From an uncultured virus (IMG/VR IMGVR_UViG_3300023173_001364) (Duplodnaviria > Heunggongvirae > Uroviricota > Caudoviricetes), in IMG/VR virus record IMGVR_UViG_3300023173_001364, positions 53,748-73,747 of that record: a DNA stretch of 20,000 nt, one strand, 5' to 3'. The notes beneath the pieces were generated by a model. It ran no database searches. It had not been told where the DNA came from and saw nothing but the letters and a program-made list of their open reading frames with translations. Below are positions 15,937-20,000 of the stretch, one piece after another. A program made the translations under genes and the position numbers. Numbering within the stretch: position 1 is the stretch's first letter; each line of letters begins with the position of its first letter.

Positions 15937-16191
15937 TTAACTGCCTATATCTAAAGACACACCATCGCCGTCGTCTTTGTCTTCTTCTATTGCTTGCTTT
16001 CTAGCTTCTTCTAATTTTTCTATCTCAGATTTAGTACGTATTTCGGTATTTAAAAAGTCAATCATAGTTTGTATTTGTTCTATAATTTGAGGACTCATTC
16101 CAGCACTAGTTGCTTGTCCTAGTTTTTGTTTAAACTCTAATTGCTTGTGCAGCATTTGTTCAACTGTTAAATTTTCAAGACTTGGAAACAT
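15937..16191 (-). CDS. hypothetical coiled-coil protein
   Basis: 84-aa ORF with AAGGA RBS. Confidence 0.75.
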   Translation of the reverse strand: MFPSLENLTVEQMLHKQLEFKQKLGQATSAGMSPQIIEQIQTMIDFLNTEIRTKSEIEKLEEARKQAIEEDKDDGDGVSLDIGS

Positions 16192-16192
16192 A

Positions 16193-16948
16193 CTATTCCT
16201 TTCTTATATCATTGTTATAACGTCTAACTTCTTCGAGTATAGACAAATCTGTATTATACTTATCTGCGGTTTCGATAATTGCACTTATGTCTTTAGGAAA
16301 ACAATGGCCACCATATCCACGTTCTTTTGAAACTCGAATGTGACTGTACCCAATGCGTTCATCTGCTCCAACTACATCTGCTACTGCAGTAAAGTCAACT
16401 TCTGCTGACTCGCATAAGTCATATACTTGATTAAAAAATGCAACTTTAGAAGCAAGAAAACTATTACGAAAATACTTAGCAAGTATTAATACTTCAGGAT
16501 CTTGTATTTGTGTAGTAAATGTACTGTCATTAAATGCAAGACGGAACACAGTATGCCAAAACAATTCTTCTTTGCCACCTACATAAATTACTCTACTGTT
16601 TTTAAAATCTTCTATGGCTGTTGCAGCACGTAAAAATTCAGGACTAAATGCTAGTTTGTGATTAGGAAACATAAAATTAAGTCTGCGCCATCCGTCTAAA
16701 CTAATTGTACTTTTAATAAGAATAGGAACTTCTTCGTCTAAGTAACTAACAGTGTCGATAACATTTTCTATGTTACAACTACCATCTTCTGCTGGAGGTG
16801 TACTTACACATATAATAGCACAGTCTGGCTTTTTCCAAAAATCATTATATCCTAGCGCAGGATCGTATATGTGTGTATGGTGTTTTTCTTTAAGAACTGC
16901 TTCATGTGCACGACCTACAAAACCAAAACCTGCAATTAAAATATCCAT
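16193..16948 (-). CDS. UDP-glucose/GDP-mannose dehydrogenase family protein (short form)
   Basis: GFGFVG Rossmann motif, ICVSTP, IKST, SPEFLR, K..N..LA.K..F.N, GYGGHCFPKD with the catalytic Cys. Start at ATG 16948 (AGGAG RBS). Confidence 0.9.
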   Translation of the reverse strand: MDILIAGFGFVGRAHEAVLKEKHHTHIYDPALGYNDFWKKPDCAIICVSTPPAEDGSCNIENVIDTVSYLDEEVPILIKSTISLDGWRRLNFMFPNHKLAFSPEFLRAATAIEDFKNSRVIYVGGKEELFWHTVFRLAFNDSTFTTQIQDPEVLILAKYFRNSFLASKVAFFNQVYDLCESAEVDFTAVADVVGADERIGYSHIRVSKERGYGGHCFPKDISAIIETADKYNTDLSILEEVRRYNNDIRKE

Positions 16949-16969
16949 ACTTACTCCTATGTTTCTACT

Positions 16970-17004
16970 AATATACACAGTTTTTATTTAAATGTCAATA
17001 AATA
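16970..17004. promoter_or_regulatory. back-to-back promoters: sigma70 (minus) and TAAATA late-like (plus)
   Basis: Minus: TTGACA (16998-16993)-N17-TATATT (16975-16970). Plus: TAAATA at 16999-17004. Confidence 0.65.
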
Positions 17005-17022
17005 ATTTTGAGGAGAATGACA

Positions 17023-17805
17023 ATGATTTCAGACATGAATTTTAGACAACGGAGTCTTCTGTTTGCTAAACTTGCGAGTATAGCATACAGTGACGATACT
17101 AAACAAGTCAAAAAAGATGCAAAAGCATTAGGCTTTACAGAAATAGAATTTTATAATAACGGCGGAGCACAAGCATATCGTTTCCAAAACAAAACAGATA
17201 TTGTAATTGCTTGTCGTGGAACACAACCCAGCGAGTTTAATGACATTAAAGCAGACTTAAAAGCTGCACCAGTTATGGCAGAAACAGTAGGTCGTGTTCA
17301 CAGAGGTTTCAAAACAGAAGTAGACGAACTTTGGCCAATGGTACTAGAAGATTTACGTGAGTGTGGTAAAACACGCAAAGCATGGTTCTGCGGACATTCA
17401 CTAGGTGCTGCTATGACAACTATTATGGCTAGCCGTTGTGAAGACGATCCTGCAATGCCAAACATTGAAGAAGTGTATACATATGGTTCACCACGAGTAG
17501 GTTGGCGTAAGTTTGTAAACAGTTTAAATTGCAAACATCATCGCTGGGTAAACAACAACGATATTGTTACACGTGTACCTTTTGCTATCATGGGTTATAA
17601 ACATGATGGTTGTGAACATTATATGAATGCATATGGTAATGTACGTAAACTAACAACAATACAACGTATTAAGGATCGTTGGCGTGGCATGTGGATGGGT
17701 TTAAAGAAAGGCAGCATCGACAACTTTAGTGACCATAGTATGGTAAACTATATTGCTAACTTAGAACGCTATGTTGACGAAATGGAAGTAGTGCAGCCGG
17801 TGTGA
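17023..17805 (+). CDS. class 3 lipase (alpha/beta hydrolase)
   Basis: IACRGT, VHRGF, CGHSLGAA nucleophile elbow, YTYGSPRVG, NNNDIVTRVP, DH..Y. Start at ATG 17023 (AGGAG at 17011-17015). Confidence 0.92.
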   Translation: MISDMNFRQRSLLFAKLASIAYSDDTKQVKKDAKALGFTEIEFYNNGGAQAYRFQNKTDIVIACRGTQPSEFNDIKADLKAAPVMAETVGRVHRGFKTEVDELWPMVLEDLRECGKTRKAWFCGHSLGAAMTTIMASRCEDDPAMPNIEEVYTYGSPRVGWRKFVNSLNCKHHRWVNNNDIVTRVPFAIMGYKHDGCEHYMNAYGNVRKLTTIQRIKDRWRGMWMGLKKGSIDNFSDHSMVNYIANLERYVDEMEVVQPV

Positions 17806-18026
17806 AATACTTTTTAGTGGTAATGTTTCTAATGCAAGACGGAACATGGAAGCCTGGAGACATTATCGCACCAGATGGATGGAGTAGTACACAACATTCA
17901 ACACTAAAAAAATGTGAATATCGACGAGATAGTTTAAACAATTACTTAATATCAATCGAATTAAATGAAAGGGTCGTAGCCAGATGTGTAAACTACGACC
18001 CTAGCATACCTTCTACAGGTATTTAA
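17802..18026 (+). CDS. small hypothetical protein with hydrophobic N-terminus
   Basis: GTGA overlap with the lipase, MKYFLVVMFL, two Cys. Confidence 0.6.
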   Translation: MKYFLVVMFLMQDGTWKPGDIIAPDGWSSTQHSTLKKCEYRRDSLNNYLISIELNERVVARCVNYDPSIPSTGI

Positions 18027-18994
18027 AGTCCGTTTGGAAGAATAATATAATGTATAGCAAGTACTAGTGCAACACTAGCACCTAGTCCTACCATCATCTT
18101 ACCAAAGTCCTTTGCTACTAGTGGGAACACACTCTTTGTTTTCTTCTTGCCAAAGTATGTTGCCATTGCTAGTTCTCGTCCTGCAAGTAAACCTACAAAC
18201 ACCCAAGTTGTTGACATTGGGATGTCGTTCAGTTCTTTAAAGAAGTACAAGCACAACCAATAGAACAAGTCAATCAGTGTTGCACTGCGCACATATCTAG
18301 TGTTGTGTTTTTCCAATACAATCTGTTGTATCTTGCCGCCACGCTCTCTAAACATAAAGAACAAGCCAGCAACAAATACTATGCTGACAAACACCATTAG
18401 GTCTAGTGGCACTTGTCTTGGAAGGAATACTGCGATGTTTGCTACATCATGTGACAACCAAGTGAACCAAAGTCCTCCTGTTGCAACCCATTGTGCTACC
18501 CGCCAAAACTTTTTGTTGCCTTCGCTTACCGGCTGAGTTTCATCATACCATTTACCAAAGAACTTGTGTATTGCAAACCATACTGCATATGCAAATGCGG
18601 CTGCAACACCATAACCCATAATGCTTTTCATCAGCATCTTTTCTAGTACAAAGGTACTAGCAAACACTGACAGCACTAGGAAACTTGTGCTAACTGGCAC
18701 ACCTATTCGTGTCAGTGCAACAAGAATGGCCGGTGCGGCTGCGTGATACCATTGCACTTCTTGGAATGGTATTTTATTTAAGCGACCATAACTGATGTCG
18801 CCTCCGTTCATATACCACCCATACCAGAGTGTATATAATAAAACAGCCGAAGCGGCTGCCCATAATACTTTATAGTTAAATCGCTCATTGTTTGATGCCA
18901 TCCAAGTACCGAGCGTTTGTACTGAATCGTTTGCTATAACTGCATAGGCAGCAAGCAAGAAGCCAACAAGGCTCCATAGAGTGAGTAGTTCCAT
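18023..18994 (-). CDS. multi-pass membrane protein, PiT/Pho4-like phosphate (or sulfate) permease
   Basis: About 9-10 hydrophobic segments and duplicated PiT-type signatures ANDSVQTLGT..PVSTS and HDVANIA..PMSTT. Start at ATG 18994 (AAGGAG RBS). Confidence 0.65.
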   Translation of the reverse strand: MELLTLWSLVGFLLAAYAVIANDSVQTLGTWMASNNERFNYKVLWAAASAVLLYTLWYGWYMNGGDISYGRLNKIPFQEVQWYHAAAPAILVALTRIGVPVSTSFLVLSVFASTFVLEKMLMKSIMGYGVAAAFAYAVWFAIHKFFGKWYDETQPVSEGNKKFWRVAQWVATGGLWFTWLSHDVANIAVFLPRQVPLDLMVFVSIVFVAGLFFMFRERGGKIQQIVLEKHNTRYVRSATLIDLFYWLCLYFFKELNDIPMSTTWVFVGLLAGRELAMATYFGKKKTKSVFPLVAKDFGKMMVGLGASVALVLAIHYIILPNGL

Positions 18995-19078
18995 ATTTTC
19001 TCCTTTGTTTGACGGCTTTACCCCGTCGCTCACAATAGTAGTATTACTACACGACTACTTAGCAATAGTCAAGTATAG

Positions 19079-19100
19079 GTTTTGTAACAGTTTTGTAAAA
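19079..19100. repeat. 11-bp tandem direct repeat, Pho-box/OmpR-family-like
   Basis: GTTTTGTAACA GTTTTGTAAAA on plus; TTTTTAC-AAAA-CTGTTAC on minus, upstream of the transporter. Confidence 0.45.
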
Positions 19101-19142
19101 AGATTCCGCAAGATATCCTGGCAAAAATTGCAATAAAAACCG

Positions 19143-19149
19143 ATAAATA
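19143..19149 (+). promoter_or_regulatory. late-promoter-like ATAAATA
   Basis: Lies just upstream of the AAGGAG RBS and ATG 19174 of the structural gene. Confidence 0.55.
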
Positions 19150-19173
19150 TGTTATATAAGGAGTATTTTTAAA

Positions 19174-20000
19174 ATGCCTAGCCCTAAGGTGCATCCTAAT
19201 CTCCAGGCCGGTGGAGATTTAGGTGAAACACTTTACAAAGTTGGTTCCGCACGCCGTCCTACAGCAGAACCAGACAACTTCGTTGGCGAAGTTGGCGACT
19301 TATTTTACAGTATGCGAGATACAAAACTGCGTATCTCAGATGGATACACTGTGGGCGGTTGGTATATTATTCCCGACTTCGAAGCCGTAGATACTGATAT
19401 TATTCCAGGTGATGGAGTGACAATTAATATCGGTGGTCCTACTAACTACTTTGGCGACTTGTATGTTGACAATATTTTTGCAGGTGATTTAGTATTAGGT
19501 GGCGACTTAATTGTACAAGGTGATCAGGTTGTAAACAACTATGTTACTAATCAATTGTTTACAATTAACGAAGGATCAACTGGCGGTGGCGACGGTGCTG
19601 GTATTGAAATTTACTTAACAGAAAATAACTATGCTACAATCACATACGATTTAAGTTCAGATACTTTTGTATTCAACAAAAACATTACAGTCAATACAGT
19701 ATACGGAGATCAAGTCGGCGATATCTATGCAGATGATGGTACAAGTCAAGTACTTGAAAACGGAACAGATGGAACAGACGCTTGGTTTAAAGGTTATGTT
19801 TATGGACAAGTAAGTGACATTAGTAATCACAGACTAGGTGAATTATTAGATGTAAATGTTCCTGATGTACAAGACGGGCAAGCATTAGTTTATGATGAAG
19901 ATCTAGACAGATGGGTACCAGGCAATCCTACAGCAGAAGTAGATTATAATCAGCCTGGTAATTATGCATTTAAAACAATTTTAGTAGACGGACAAAATAA
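19174..20000 (+). CDS. virion structural / tail fibre-like protein (runs off the window)
   Basis: Absent from the ORF track. Manual translation MPSPKVHPNL..FVGEVGDLFY...LRISDGYTVGG (Mtd-N/fibre-like motif), G/D/T/N-rich beta segments and an LGELLDVNV...DGQALVYD....WVPG fibre repeat. AAGGAG RBS. Confidence 0.75.
   Translation, partial: MPSPKVHPNLQAGGDLGETLYKVGSARRPTAEPDNFVGEVGDLFYSMRDTKLRISDGYTVGGWYIIPDFEAVDTDIIPGDGVTINIGGPTNYFGDLYVDNIFAGDLVLGGDLIVQGDQVVNNYVTNQLFTINEGSTGGGDGAGIEIYLTENNYATITYDLSSDTFVFNKNITVNTVYGDQVGDIYADDGTSQVLENGTDGTDAWFKGYVYGQVSDISNHRLGELLDVNVPDVQDGQALVYDEDLDRWVPGNPTAEVDYNQPGNYAFKTILVDGQN

Noticed and set aside
7926..18536. Other opposite-strand or nested ORFs (e.g. 7926-8354, 9507-9773, 10348-10671, 14793-15098, 16752-16991, 17298-17534, 18300-18536)
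   Set aside because: They lie antisense to or within better-supported genes and lack RBS or motifs.
1..20000. Alternative genetic code (stop-codon reassignment), as in some large phages
   Set aside because: Recognisable genes are intact in the standard code, coding density is high, and TAA, TAG and TGA all serve as stops at tight gene junctions.

Overview
AT-rich, gene-dense segment of a large lytic tailed phage (T4-like/jumbo-type organisation). The host is Gram-negative, inferred from a two-component spanin, and probably aquatic. Left part (minus strand): clpA (truncated by the window edge), a class B dnaJ, overlapping o-/i-spanin genes, infA (IF-1) and three hypothetical genes, with phoH diverging on the plus strand. 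Middle part (~5.9-13.1 kb, minus strand): an early/accessory array of small genes (HAD nucleotidase, Imm-like, MazG-like, stand-alone ligase-Ia-like, T5orf172-like, and a ParB/DGQH-like gene coupled to an HNH gene). It is punctuated by a family of near-identical sigma70 promoter cassettes (TTGACA-N17-TATATT) that share an internal CCAAGA motif. Two of them carry an identical 42-bp stem-loop/promoter repeat bracketing a single gene. Right part: MTA/SAH nucleosidase, clamp loader, GroES-like protein, a stand-alone DnaE fragment, UDP-glucose dehydrogenase, class 3 lipase, a PiT-like transporter with an upstream 11-bp tandem repeat, and the start of a tail-fibre-like gene. TAAATA late-promoter-like motifs precede the units that lack sigma70 promoters. 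All calls come from reading motifs by eye; no database searches were run.
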